Shown here: piece after piece, positions 11,955 through 26,100 of the stretch
Layout: every line of letters starts with the position of its first letter
How positions within the stretch are numbered: the first letter of the stretch is position 1
NCBI GenBank assembly: GCA_965203295.1
Contig: CBDBCZ010000017.1
Span: forward strand, 1,632,001 to 1,696,000
From: Nitrospirales bacterium
GTDB lineage: Bacteria > Nitrospirota > Nitrospiria > Nitrospirales > UBA8639
Direction of reading: 5' to 3'
Length of the DNA: 64,000 nucleotides
Translations under genes and position numbers: made by a program
Notes under the pieces: generated by a model
Seen by the model: only the letters and a program-made list of their open reading frames with translations
The model's database searches: none
Told to the model about the DNA's origin: nothing

Positions 11955-14900
11955 TAAGGTCTCAAAGGATGCTAAATCTCGTAGATCACATTGGCTAGAT
12001 TACTACCCGATGTGGTTTGAAGTAGACCGATATAAGTGGCCAAAACGCTCGTGGCCGTGTTGTGGTGTGAGACTTGTATGAAGCACGAGAGTTGTATTGT
12101 GGGAATGAGGAACTTCTCCGGGGCATGGACAACTGGCTCCAGCAACCAGAAAACGAGTAACATCATTGACCATGCTACCTAGCCTCGTTCCCAGGCTCTA
12201 CTGCCCAACTTGCTGATCACAAGCTACTCACCTAACGCTCGTAGTCTTCTATCTTATAGTCTAACTTTCATGCCATGAGTGATTTACATAACACTGGTAA
12301 ATTTGAAATTGCTCTGTAATTTAAATGTCAGACCATGTCCGACCATAACCTGGGTTGATCTGACATCATGTCAGATCAGTTTTCAAAATTCAAAATTATA
12401 ATGCACACTGAATGCTAGTAGTGGGTCACTCATTGCTGTACTAAAATGGTGGATGAGAGAGGGGGGCAGTAGGTAACCCAGAGGAGAGGGAGGCGTGGCA
12501 CCCAATGGGAGAGGGACTGTGGGGGTGGGTTATGTAGAACATCTCATCACACAGTTCTGGAAATGTCTCTGAAACAGCACTGCACCCTAACCTTACACTA
12601 TCCAAACTTTTTCCAGGTCCTGGTTCACTAGTAGCCCCTGGTATCTCTATGGGTAGGAACTAATCAAACAATGGCTGTGTTTCTCTACATTCTACCAGAG
12701 ACCCTGTTTCAGCAATAAGTCTGTGACACAAACGGGCTATGAAGATTAGCCACTGATTTGCTACCTTCACTCGTCTGAGAATTGCAGCTGTGCTCACCCC
12801 CAGTCTATACCTTTCTACTTCCTTTCTCTTTGTCCTGTGCGTGTGACTTTACTCACCAGGCACTGTGATGAGTTTTATGTATTACTAACCAAATATGGCC
12901 TGGGCCTGGGAACGAGGCTGCGCATTCCCACTGTGCGGCTCCGCAAATACTAGACCTACATGCGTCCATATGAGAGTGCAAGCACTCCCAGCCCAGGCTC
13001 CACTACCTTTATTTTCATATAATGTGCTACTTACTTTCCAACATACTAAAATAGAGCTAGCAGTGGAGACTGGGAACAAAGCTAAGACTGCTGTCTTGAA
13101 GTCTAGCTGTCTGTAATAGATATAAGCTACCATATAGTGGGATTTCTTTGAGGGAGAATAGTTTCGTAAATTTCACAGCTTTGTGACTGTACACGAAAAT
13201 ATTGTTTGTGAAAATTTAAAATCATCAGCATTCGGCATGTACTAAGCTAGTCTCAGTGTGCTGTGATGGCACTGTACCGATATGTTCCACGCGTGTAGTC
13301 AGCATTATCTTTGCCCAATAGTCTACTTTTAGTGGTAGTATCTGCTTCCGCCATTTCAGCTGCCCATAAAGCGGTGAAAGCCATGCGGCCGACGCCAGCA
13401 TTGGCAGTGGAGACAATGAGGTAGGACAGTGCTCAGCATGGGCCGTATGACCAGTTCGAAAAAACTGCCGGAATTGGTAAAAGGGCAGCTAAGCATGACG
13501 CCTTCCCTTCTCTAAACTCAAAGATAGTAGGCATGGCCTTGCTGCAGCGGAATCGCAAAGATATTTCCACCAAGTTTTTCATTTGAATGTGCATTCTTGT
13601 GATCCACAAAATATCTCTCCCTCAAACATTATATGATAGGACTAGCTAGCTAGGTAGATGGTGTTTACAGATAGTAGACAGTGTCATTGGTGAAAACAAT
13701 ATGCCTGCAATTGTATCTATTGTGAGCTAGGTTAGGAAGGTCCTGTGTTCGATAATTGGAAGGGGCTTCTGGTGGCATTTTGGCTGTGGTTAGGGTAGTG
13801 AGTTGCCCCACTGTTTTGTATGTGTTTTATTGTTGTCACTATGATTGGGGTTCTGGCCACCTCACTGATATGATTGCAATGAGTGTGTGCCTGCTCGAGG
13901 CTCTAATGTATATTGATAGCATGCATGAGCATGCTATCAATGTGGACACCAACAGTTTTTGCTGACTTCCTTTGCTGGATTAGTAAACTGCAAACCATGT
14001 TTTATCTTGTAAACGCATGATGACTTCGAATTTGTCAGATCTGAACAGTACTGTTGTACACAATCTCCAATGCCGTAATACCTTCAAGTAATATAGACAG
14101 TAAGTGCTTACCCTGTGTGTTACTATCACATTAAGGATCACTAAAATAGTCTGGACTACATATGGACTATGAGCACCTATCGAGAAAAAAAACAAGTGCT
14201 CGTAAAAAGGTGGAGCCACGTATTACGAATATATAAATAGCAAGTATACATGCCTCTCCAATTGTAAAGTTCTAAATTTCTCATTTCTGTGATCGTGAAG
14301 CGGTGGGCCAGTGTTATGAAGAATAGAAAAAGCTAGCATAAAGAACTGCTTTGATCAGGTACACGTACATTATGGCTGTTTTGTTTTGCTCTTTTTTGTT
14401 ATTGCGAAGGTCTTAAATCCTTTAATTCTCTTTCTTCTCTCTGGACTGACGACAAACAGATCAATTACTTAAATAACCTACTCGCATACGCATGCGGGTA
14501 ACTACAGTTACAAGCTACATTAACAACTCTACCATCAGAGGGAAAGCAGCTGCAAGTGGAACTAGAAGTCTCTAGCAGAGACACACCCCGCGGCGCATAA
14601 TTCACAACTTGGAGCTGGCAGGACTGCAGACTGGGCTGATTGAGTAGTTGGCAGAGTGTACATGTATATCACTGGCTGTGCATCCGCACGCAGAGTGTAC
14701 AGCGCTCATGTACGCGTATATATCTGTATATCCTATGGGAAGTGGTGGGCGTGACTGATTGCCAGTATGAACACGTGACCAGAGTCAGTGTATGCCCGGC
14801 CTCTATCGTATTCTAGTTGTGACCGTATTAAAATGGCAGAATGCACCGTTGTTAAATAAGAAAGAGCTGTAGATACAGCGAATGGAACCGCTTTGGCGAG

Positions 14901-16231
14901 TATCAGGTACACACCCGGACATTTTTTTTTAAATTTCAATGTTACTGTCGTGTTTAGCAATCGTTTAACCCTGTAAATCGCGAGATAGCCCGATTTTTGA
15001 GTGGACAGACACCTGACAGACGGACGGACGGACGGACGGACGGACGGACAGACAGAACCAATTGCTTAACCCCGCCGCCGCCTACGCGCCGCGGGGTAAT
15101 TACGCCAGGCTCAAGTATATAGTATCCACCCACATAGTGTTTTGAACAAGAGCTGCATATTTAATTAAGGAAGGTCCTATAGTCTCGGGTCCACTCCTTC
15201 CTGCCCTAGCTTTAATTTGTCTTGCAGCCCAGGGGGGAAGGCCTGGGAATGAGGTCGCCAGTACATTGCATGGGTAGATCAAAGGAATAGCCTTATTTCC
15301 TGAACTCCTTTGATAGCCTACCACATGTTGTGATAAAAATGCTGGAGAGTGTATCCAGAGTGCTCTGCTGTATTTTCATGCAAGGAACCGAGTGTGTGTA
15401 TGTGTTGCCACATTGCTCTTAATCATCTACCTTCGAATGCTCATAGCTTTTTACTGACTACAAGCCTCTCTTGGGAGCAGTACTACAAATCCACCAACAC
15501 TATGGCTAATTTTGACCATCCCGTGACTCTGATAGCTAAGGGTCAGTGTTGTCTAACCTTTTGGTAGCATACACTACGTGAATGCAGGGCATTGTGGTGC
15601 GAGTGTGAGAAAGCTACAGTATTATTAGCACAGGTGATTGTATGGACTAGTTGAGTTTTGTAGAAACTGAGAATTGAATGTGAACAAGATAGGAAAGTAC
15701 TAGCTAAGATCCGGCCAGCCCATTTAACAAGACCACAGGACATGGCGAACAATTTTCTCTGTAATTGAAGGCTGAACATTTTAGGGCCAAGCGTGTGTGT
15801 GAGACTCCTGTTGTGATGTGAATTGAGGTTGCTGTGTGTGTGTTCGACGTTCTCTATCGGAAATTGACAGAGTTCATTGATGCATAACTCTGGAGCGTAA
15901 TAATCACGATTACCTAATAATACTGTTTGCACAACCATCCATACTCTTCTTTCCATTGATAAAGGACAGAAACAGCTACATAGGTTTTAAAAGAAAAACA
16001 CTTAAAGAACATGTAGGGATGGAATCCATAAAAAACAACCAATCATGGTACCGAAATTCTTTTACAGATTACTACATCTTTGGACATTTTTCAACCCCCC
16101 ACACACCACATGCCGTCCACTACTAGCCTTGATTTCCCTCACAAGTTGGAGAAATACGTTCTGAAGCTTACATTGCCCTGCCAACCTGTTTCCAATCTCA
16201 GGCTCTGAAGCTCAGCAGCACCGGAGCAAGT

Positions 16232-16323
16232 GAGATCAAAGTCTTCGAGCGTCAGCCGAGATCATGACTGGCTGCGTCACAACACGCTACTGGAGGGCAC
16301 CTGAGATCATGCTGAACTGGATG
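16232..16323 (+). pseudogene. p38 MAPK pseudo-exon fragment
   Basis: [20 protein letters not shown] at 16264-16323. Confidence 0.8.
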
Positions 16324-17466
16324 TGGCATGGTTAGTGTCTTGGTAGAGGGGGTCACCAGGGTGGGCCTTTGGTAACCAAGGTCTCATTAGTGGCCAGTCA
16401 AACATGCTAATTGTGAGTAGTGTGACTGTGAGTTGTTGTCTGGTTGGTCGGCAACATTCCTCAGGCTACATGTAACTGTACATGCTAGCAGGAACTTTAC
16501 AAATGGACTGCTGTCTTGTAGTCTTAACTCTGGTTTACATGTACTAGTAGTTGTGCTCGCTTTGCTCGCGCAACTACTTGGGCTTGTTGAACTCGCTCGC
16601 TCTATACAGATAGAAATGAAAAGAAGTGTCCCCTCTAGTGACTTGTATGGAACATTTTGCATATGCCAAGGCCGGCAATAGTGCTACTGACTGAACCACG
16701 TACATGTAGAGGCAGCACCACGTTCAATCCTCAACTTTGCGTTAAAAATCTCCACTATAGCTAGTGTAGCTGACTGATTCCTGCCTGAGCCATGTGGAGG
16801 TAGTAACTCAAAGGAGAAACTGCAAACAACTGCAGAAGCAGCGACTGCAAACAACTGCAAAGCAAAACAGGAAAGCTAAGACCGAAGCCTAGCCGTAAGT
16901 GCACTGTACTAGCTCGACCCTTAGTGGATACACTTTCACAGTCATCACCACTTTTGTAGCTGAGTGTTGGATGGAGGCAGGTTAGGTGGGTAGCTACTAA
17001 CAGTCCTTTAAAAAGGCTTGCTCCTGCAGCAACTAGTGGTACGGGTGTATCTGACAATCATGTATGACATTAGTGCTATATGTGTCCCTGCTAGATAGGC
17101 GGAAGGAGCAAGCAGCTTCTGATATTGCCTAAAAGTTGATGATCCTGCCTCACGTCGACTAGCAGTGTAGTGTAGAGAGGAGTCAGCTGAGAGCTATGTT
17201 GTTGAGGGCTCAGGCGTAGTCTGGAACGTTGCTGAGTAGCATTATAGCCACATCCCCTAGTCAGGTCTCAAGGCACACACAGCAGCTTTCCACGTCGTGT
17301 CATTCTTCCACCTATTGCGCAATGGGCTAGCCTCGTTCCCAGGCTACAATGGGCTCCATTTGCCATGACACTATGTATTGCTGTGCAGCTGTAGTGACAT
17401 TGTAAGGATCAATTTGTGAATTACTAATCATAGGAAGTGTCCTATGAATTCATTAGTAGCTGCTAG

Positions 17467-17593
17467 ACCCACAAGTGTTTTCTCAGTGACTGGGTGTATA
17501 AGGAGCAAGCTGCAGCAGAGATTTGGGATGACTGATGTACCTGGAAAAAGTGCATGAAGTAATGCACACAATTTTTGGAGAGCCAAAAGGCTC
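17467..17593 (+). ncRNA. Putative Sm-class small RNA gene cassette #7 (subfamily C; duplicate of #1)
   Basis: ACCCACAAGT 17467; TGTATAAGGAG 17495; AATTTTTGG 17570-17578; GAGCC-AAAA-GGCTC. Confidence 0.55.
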
Positions 17594-18762
17594 AACTCAG
17601 TCCCTTAGAAACATTATCATGAAGTAGATGTAGGGATGGCATTTTGTAAAGCATTGTGGTGCTGTTTTGTTTCTTTGGAGATTCCATCCCTGCATGTTTT
17701 TGTTTTTTTTCAAATGGCTTATTCATTGGGTGAGAGAAGAGGTAGATGGCTATGTAGATGTAGGATTTGATGGTAGAATTTGCTCATGGGAGGAACTTGA
17801 AGCCGATGTAATCAGGTGATGTCACTGCAAGCTGCTACCGGGCACGATCATCTACTCACTACCCATGAACTGTCTCTGAAATGCGTATATAATGTAATTG
17901 TAAGTGACAAAGTATCGGCACTTTCCTATTATCGGCGCCACACTGACTGATCATGGGAAATAGGCGTGTGTGCACACAAGAAGTCTGCCTTGGAGTTCTT
18001 GGGAAACAAGCCTGCATGATTCTAAATGCTAGTACAGAAAACACTACAAGGGCCCAAGGACTTGTAAACCCATTTGCTGAGGTGTATTCTCTGTCTACGA
18101 TGCCTTGGAACATGATCAGGCTATTCACAAAAGTTTATGTAGCAATGTTATTCATTGTATAATCATTATCTTGTGAACTGCTCAGGGAGAGGCCAAGCAA
18201 ATGGAGCTAATATTAGCTCACTGTGACAGTTATCATCCACACACTGGGGAGTGGCACTTTCGGATTGTGTGCCAATGTTGTCAAACGGCATTGGCGTATA
18301 GCCTCATTTCCACCCCCTAGCTTATACTCGCAGCCGTGGGGAAAAAGCGAGGGGGAAGGCCTGGTACCACTTATCACGTGCCGTGATGTAGGGTAGACTT
18401 TTATGCCCATGCAACGGTACTTACATGCCCACTTAGTAATTCAAAAACGGCATTTGTTAAGCACAGAACAACAGAAATGGCACTACCGAGGCCTGTTGAC
18501 TGAGGCAGACGATCCTTCAGGCAGCGATAAGCCCGGACAGACCACACTCATGGCAGCTAGATAAAAGGTAGGAGCATCTCTCACTGTCATGGCCTCTCAC
18601 CCGCCATCAGGCCTTCTAGAACGGTCCCTTTCAGCCGTGGGACAGTTGGAACTTACACAAATGTGGCCATATCGCTACCCGAAGGATTGTTTATCTCAGT
18701 CAACAGCCCTCAGTTTCAATGTTTCAGTCATTCTGTGCTTAACGGATGCTGTTTTTCATTTA

Positions 18763-19162
18763 CCGCATAGCGCTTAAATTTCGTCGGTCTAAAAATAGCG
18801 AATAGCTAAATAATTTGCAAATTCATTAAACACGTACTACTGAATTTATGGGTGGGGTGTAACCGGGTGTACTGCACACAGACAGTAGCGTAGTAGTGAG
18901 TGGTGGCTAGCACTCCATGCTCTGCTGCTTGATGTCCAATTTCGGCCTTCTTCTCTGTGCTCATTTTCAAGTATGCTCCCTGACCTTCGCGCTGGCAGAT
19001 AGCAGTGATTTGGCTGTTTGCTGCAGAAATCGCGGACGAGGGCACTTGAAGTACCGAAACAGAAACATCTTTGTAAAGTCGGAAGCGTCAAAATTAAAAA
19101 TAATTTTGCAGGTTCACGAAATTTGTGAAATTAAAGACCTGTGAAATTTAAGCGCTATGCAG
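18763..19162 (-). mobile_element. pogo/Tc1-type MITE (duplicate of 3417-3816)
   Basis: TA-flanked TIRs; near-identical to the first copy. Confidence 0.65.
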
Positions 19163-19985
19163 TAGTGCATGGGCATGTAAGTACCATTGTGTGGCCATAA
19201 ACGTCTACCCTGCATCACGGCACGTGATAAGTGGTACCAGGCCTTCCCCCTTACTTTTTTCCATGGCTGTGAGATAAAAGCTTGGGTGGAAGTACTGGGA
19301 ACGAGGCTATTTGGTGTATACATCAGTATGACAGGCCGGGTGTGTGCATTTATTGAGCTAATGTTCCTAACAGGCACTTGGACCACAGTGACTGTATATC
19401 TGGTCGCTCAGGCTCCACTTAGAGTGAATAGTGATCATAGACAGTAATGACTGAATGGCTCCCCCCCCCACCCACCTCCCACTCCCAGGATTCAAACTGG
19501 CATTTCTGGTATGTAGTTAAAGCATGACACTCCCTTTCTTCCGAGGGTACCTACTACCCTTTTCTCTCTCTCTCTGGCACACTCTATTCCAGTGGTGCCT
19601 GACCTCTCTCCCTCGTTGGAGCCTGGTCTCAGTCAGCCTCTGGGGTCTCCTGGTACTTACACTGTTGCCTAGCAAGTACCATAGCAGCAGTAGTATCTTC
19701 TGCTGTCCTCTCTTCAACTTCTTGGATCCTCAGATCCTACCTTGCTGTCGGTTAGTGATCAGAATGTCTTGACTTGGATGTGCACTCGTGGCAATTGTTG
19801 GATATTGGGAGCATAAGTGCGTATGTGTGGAATGGTGACCGTACAGATTGCTAAGAGAGATCTGAGCCCAAGTACTGACCTCACTCTGCTTCACATCACT
19901 GAGTAGTAATTGGGTCTCTCCATTGCTGTAATTAGATGCTCCCACATGACCTGGTCATTGCACATTTCCACCCCTCCCCTCTCAG

Positions 19986-20058
19986 GACCTAAAGCGAGGA
20001 GTGAGTGAGATCTATGACTGACGGCTGCTGGAGGGCACCTGAGATCATGCTGAACTGG
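19986..20058 (+). pseudogene. p38 MAPK pseudo-exon fragment, internally deleted; others at ~8713-8750, ~27400-27432, 39021-39123 and ~42617-42665
   Basis: CTCAG|GACCTAAAG (DLK) ... TGGAGGGCACCTGAGATCATGCTGAACTGG ([10 protein letters not shown]). Confidence 0.7.
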
Positions 20059-21307
20059 ACAAGCAGTGATCAGAAAGGTTAGAGAACCCTTAGTCTAGCT
20101 CACTAGTCCCTCCCCTCCTCCCACCCTCACAAAAAGCAAATAAATGTTTTCGGCAGAGACATGCCCCACGCCCCTGGACTCTGAAGACCGGACCTAAATT
20201 ATTGGCAGCGTGAAAGACAAGTATATCTTGTTCTTGTACTGCCGTAGGGCGTGACTGATCACCGCAGTAAAGGCACAGACACGTCGCTATGTATACTCCT
20301 CCGTGAACACATGTCAAGAGACCGCGTGTGCCTGGCCTCTGCCTTATTGGAGTTCTTCACCGTATTAAAATGGTAGACCTTACTGATATTGAATAAGATA
20401 GAGCTGGCTAGAACCCTTAGGTCACTGTCAGGACACACACACACCTCGATTTTTTTATTTCTTTAGTTACATCCTGTTTTGAAATTGTTAGAGCCTCTAA
20501 ATCGAATTTTTTTTAAGGACAGCTGTACAACAACAGCAGATTGCTCAACCCCACTGGTGTATATGGGTGCAGGGTAAAAAATGAAATAAGGAGAGGGAGA
20601 GTCTTGCACAAATTTAGCTTTAAACTGCCAGCCTGCACTGTTGAATATTCAGTTAGCTGACTACTTTCTAAGTCCCATCTACCTTCACAGACATTGGGGC
20701 TCAGGGTAGAGAGAACACTTATAAGATCTTGTACGTACATGTAGATCACATTGGCTAGATTGCTACCCAGAATTGGTTTGTAGTATGGAAAGAAGACAAA
20801 TAATATGTGTGGACTCTAGCCACCCCCCCCCCTCCATGGCAAGTTCATGCTTACCCCCCCCCCCGCTGTATAACTACCCGACATTCCTCAATTCATACCA
20901 AAGTCCTTTTGTCCAAATTTTTCCCCATGGCTACAGTATGAGGTGAAAGGCCTCGGTGTGAGGTTTACTTTAATGCTGTTCATTGAGAATTCCATGGCAA
21001 GTTCATGCTTACGTGTGTGAGTCTCTAAACTTTATGCCCGAGACGTTTTATTGACATCATCAGAAAGCATAGCTAATTGGATTCCACTATTAGTGTACCT
21101 GACCGCTTCCAACCTCCTCTGGAGACATTAACTCGTGTAAGATCGTGCTTACATGTGAATCTCTAAAGTTTATGCTGACCAAAACCGGAACTAGTAGTAT
21201 TTGCACCAGAGCTGCAGTCTCCACTGTACAATGTAGGGCCATAATATGGCTGCAGAGCAGTTAATGGTATTCATGCACTGTAATGGATAATATTGAGAGT
21301 TTTAGCA

Positions 21308-21430
21308 ACCCACAAGTATTTTGAGCGAGTGCTGCATATATAAGGAGGAAACCTGACTTTTTGTTCTGTCCACGGTGTCTCCTTTTTGAAATCAGCAATC
21401 TTACAATTTTTGGGGGCCTGTAATGGGCCT
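21308..21430 (+). ncRNA. Putative Sm-class small RNA gene cassette #8 (subfamily A; duplicate of #2)
   Basis: ACCCACAAGT 21308; TATATAAGGAG 21337; AATTTTTGG 21405-21413; GGCCTG-TAA-TGGGCC. Confidence 0.6.
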
Positions 21431-22413
21431 ATATGTGGCACCTAACCTGTTTATGTAGTCTCCAGTGGCTACACTGCGTGTAGTGGCGCTGTTGGAATTT
21501 TCCTTACAGATGTTAGCATGCTTGTGGTGTGTGTGTGCTGTTGGCAGGTTGTAGGGATGGTAGTGGTAATCCATGAAAGTTCTGTTGTGTCATTACCCTG
21601 TGCCGTGTATACGTGAGTGGGGTTAAGTATTCGGTTTTGTCCATGAGTCGTCATCATCTGTCATAAAAAAAAACAACTTTCGAACGGGAGATTGAGATGC
21701 TATAATAATCACAAAGCAGGATGTAATAATTGAAATCCAACGAGTGTGTCCCTGACAATAACCAAAACGATTCTTGTCTCCGTATGTCCGACTCTTTCTT
21801 ATTCAACATCGGTAAGGTCCGCCATTTTAGTATGAACAAGGTTTTGAATATGACAGAGGCCAGCATATGCAGACTCTTGACACGTGTCCATACTAGAGTA
21901 TACGTAGAGAAGCACCCATGTCATTACTATATCAGTCACGCTTACCACTCGTATACGGCGTTACACGAGCACGGTATACGGGGCCACATGCTGTTTCCAG
22001 TCTGCAGAGTTCAGGAGCGTGGGATATGTTAGGGATCTCATCATGACTTGCTCTTTAGTGATCTTTTCTGTGTAATGTGGTGCTGATGCTAACTTGTTTT
22101 GTTAGTTTTTCAAGACCGTACATACACTAGCTCAGATTCAACTACCACGCCACAACATTACTTACCTCGTACGTACTAAGAGGTGGTCGACAATGAAATC
22201 TTGATTAATGTCTCGCTCTCACATAGGCTGTGTGAGTGTTAGAGGTCTCCCTCTAATAACTTAGCTATAAGCTAAATGTTTTGGCCGAACCCTGTGGCAA
22301 CTGGGGCAAGCATTGCGCGAGACCTAGGCTGGCAGTAACGTGAGACACATACAGAGCTGCAGCCCAGGATACTGTAGGCTAGGCCAGTGAGGGCTCAGGG
22401 AGCCGTGGATGCA

Positions 22414-22571
22414 GGCTCAAGGAGCCTTGTGAGTAGGTTGAGAGGCTGGAGGCTCAAGGAGCCTTGTGAGTAGGTTGAGAGGCTGGAGGCTCAAGGAGCC
22501 TTGTGAGTGGGTTGAGAGGCTGGAGGCTCAAGGAGCCTTGTGAGTAGGTTGAGAGGCTGGAGGCTCAAGGA
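22414..22571 (+). repeat. 37-bp minisatellite, ~4.3 units (~1.7 units in the paralog at ~6667-6729)
   Basis: Unit GGCTCAAGGAGCCTTGTGAGTAGGTTGAGAGGCTGGA. Confidence 0.9.
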
Positions 22572-23001
22572 ACCTCTGGTTGCTCAGAGAGCAGGTGAGG
22601 TATATAGTAGGCTTGCCCCATCGCCAAGGTAACATGGTTACTTTGTCGTGAACAGACAGAATATATGTGCATGAATCAAGGGTTTCGGGAGGGTGGGTTG
22701 ACTTAGTCCATAGTCGTTCAATCACTGCAACTGACGTGTTGGAGATTGCGCGATCGTGCAATTGGTGCCTTGCGCATGTGTACTGGCTAATAACTGTCTG
22801 CTCATGCTTAAATAGTTCACAGTTCAAATAACTAATTAAAATGTCCTAGAAACCATACTAGTGGCATCTCACTTGATGATCTGTTAATTAATTAATACAG
22901 CAATCTCTGCAGTGTGTTTTGTGGCTATCACAGTCTGGGTGTGCATATGGTTTTCAGGATGGCTGGAAAGAATTTGGACATTCAGGAAGTGCATAGTAAC
23001 A

Positions 23002-23126
23002 TTCTTAATTGGTTGGCGTACATCTGACTAGTATCAGAAGGTCCTGGGTTCAATCCCCACCTGGGTCCCGATTTTTCGAGATTTCGTTACTCTCTCAGAA
23101 AGCTTATCATCTCACAGAAGTTTGCA
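23002..23126 (+). mobile_element. tRNA-Thr-derived SINE (duplicate)
   Basis: Near-identical to 7026-7150. Confidence 0.7.
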
Positions 23127-26100
23127 GTGTACATATCAAAACACATAATTTATTAATGAAAATAGTCGAAATTTGTTTAAAGTGTTGATAGTATGTACCA
23201 TCAGCCAGAGAAGAAAACAAGAACGCTGTGTGTTCAGAACCCTCGGCGCTTTACTTGAGAGTTAATGAACATTCCCTACGCGGTGGATTTGATGAAACTT
23301 GGTTTGAATCTTTTTGAATCGTGTTCTGTTGCACTTTAATTAAGTGTCGTGAGTTATTAATACTTTGGTTATTTTAGTTTCATTGCCCCTTTTAGCTACT
23401 TTAGACTCTATGTCATCTTTTCTACGTTTAGCTTTCTCTTCAGAAGTTTTAATTGCCCTCTTACACTTAGCTTTCTCTTCACCAGTTTCATTGTACCTCT
23501 TAGCTACTATTTGCTCTTTAACATGCTTCCTGCAGTTTAATGCATGAATTTCTGCTTCTAAGGCTCTCAAGTCTGCTCGTTTTTCAAGCTTTCTACTTTT
23601 GCTAATTTGAGTTGTTCGTCTCAGTACAAGCACATGTCCACAATCACAACATACTTTTCTAATGTGAATAGCAACAAGACACTTTGGGCAGACTTTTGCG
23701 GCATTATACCATGTAAAGTACAATGACCAAAGTATCAATAACTCACGGCACTTCAAGTGCAAGACAATCACAGAACATGATTCACAGAGATTCAAACCGA
23801 AATCCACCGCGTGGGGAATGTGTAGATATCTAAATAACGCACAATATGGCGTGGCCTTAATTACTTGCAGTAACGCGTTATTAAATGGCCGGCCGCTCGT
23901 AGCAGCAAGAACGCAAGTGTTGGTGTATCTCAGCAACTACAGCTTGTACAAAATCGCACATCTATCCTCGAGACAGTATCGATTGCCTAAATTCAGCACC
24001 TTCAGCTGGACAACTGGACAACATGTTCTTCACATTTCGATGGGACAAAGTCAGTTGAAACAGACACGCAAAACGACTACCGTAATTACCCCTCGCACGC
24101 GCTCACGCACCGAGGGTTGACTAGTACACTTGACTGAACAATGATGCACTCCAGGCTTATTGGCAGATATAACTGTATTCATGCAACTTAATTGCTAACT
24201 ATTGACAGCCCCTACAAGCACATGTCCACAATCACAACATACTTTTCTAATGTGAATAGCAGCAAGACACGCTCATCACATAATTATATTATATGTGTGC
24301 CTCTGCCTGTAAGTGCTTCTTCATAGATTTTACACCACAGAATGGGGTAGCACACACTAGGATATAGCCTCTTACCTGTGCAGATGCATCAAAAAGGAAA
24401 AAGTGTGCCTGGTATCCATTGTTTGCACATAGATGCAGCACGCGTGTACAGGGCAATGTGCTGTTTCAACACGCAATCTACTGAGCAACATGCGTGTTCG
24501 TTTTTTTTTCTGCGTGCTGTTCAGGGGATAATGTCGAGAAAATGCATGTGCATGCATGCATGGGATAAGACTCCAGTATTGCCCATATATGCATGCACAC
24601 ACCTCAATGTCATGCACATTTCATGTAGTAATTATGTGCCTAAAATTTAAATAATATGACATACATGTAGTGCAGATAGGATCCAGTACATGGCAAAGAA
24701 GTGTGCATACGTATGCCTTTTCATTGGTAGTACATACTCATGCATACAGCTGTGAACAGGTGGACTTCAATGGCTGTATAAAGTTCGATACAGTAGATCC
24801 AGTTTAGGCAATAGCATGCAATGTCACATGACTTGTGGGATAGACAATTTGTGGTCTAAGCTCTGACACACTGGTCAGGCATTCAATGAGGCTTCCATAA
24901 AAGTAATCAGTGAAATCAAGTTCTGCTGCCTGCATGCGCTCCACTGTCGTCTCCCAATGACTGTGCCCTCTGAGAAAGAGAGATCTGCTGCCCCTGTGCA
25001 CATAGACCTCTCTGCTGAACCCACTACCACGGGGGAAGGTTTGCTTTCTAAACGCACCTGAAGCTGTAAAACTAAGATGGAGAGTGTGTGAAATTTTGAG
25101 ACACTTTCATTGAACACATTGTGTGATTTAAGTTTCGACTGAAGAACACTCAATCTACTATCCACCAACCCTCGACCTCTCAAGCTAGCCGCCAGCCCTC
25201 AACATCTAAAACTAACTGCCAACCTACCCAAAGAAAGAAAAAAGCCACCATTGACGACTACCACAGTATTGGTAGCACTAGAGTTGATATATAGCAGATC
25301 ATTACGCACATGGTGGAAGTCTGTGGGCCAGGTCTCTCTTGACTCCTCCCCCTGGGCGTGGATCTCATCTCAGATTGACGTCATCTGCTTCTTGCGATCC
25401 TGAGGCTGAGGAACCTAGGTCAGGAATAGGATTATCAACAAGCTTCTTGTCCACATTGGCCTTGAAATAATAATGAGGTGATGTATACATTAATCCTCTG
25501 TTCCAGTGAAAAGTAGGAGAGTTTGATGACGACAAGTCTTTGCTTGTAGTGACTCTACCTGCCTTTTGGGGTGGAGCCTGACTGTTACCACAGCAATGCC
25601 AGATGGAATGAGAAGCAAGATTACCATTTTACCAACTCTGCAGGAACCTCTGGAGACTCTTTGCATCACTGCCATTGCTAAACTCCACCCCTTTGCTCAA
25701 CACCAGCGAGCATTCCCAGGAAGATGGACTGCCTTTGACACTACTACCAGGCGTGCATATAGACAGAATTATGTAGCCAGGAGCTATATATAGCAACAGT
25801 TGTGCACACCCAGTAGTTCGACGTATCGCAGCACAACTGTTGCTATGCGATGTACAGAATTTATTTCAAGACATGGTACACTACGTACACACAATACGTC
25901 ATACATCCACACATACATACACACACAGACACACAGCACTTCTAATTCCGCTTCAAAGTGGTACTGCTTGTCAGGTTGTCCCACAGCAACTGTGCCAAAC
26001 GAGAAACATTGAAGCTCAAGCATCCTCACACAACCCAAACCGTGACTACCCATACCACCACTCCCTTGCCTTAAGAAGATACTTCTTGAACAATACAAAA

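Larger units (their letters stand above)
15751..24212 (+). repeat. Segmental duplication copy 2
   Basis: Matches 1-8240; ends inside the PSE-like box of the cassette #3 paralog. Confidence 0.95.

Noticed and set aside
15543..15956. 137-aa ORF shared with repeats at 1-400 and ~49420-49870
   Set aside because: Part of an unclassified interspersed repeat; frames are not conserved between copies
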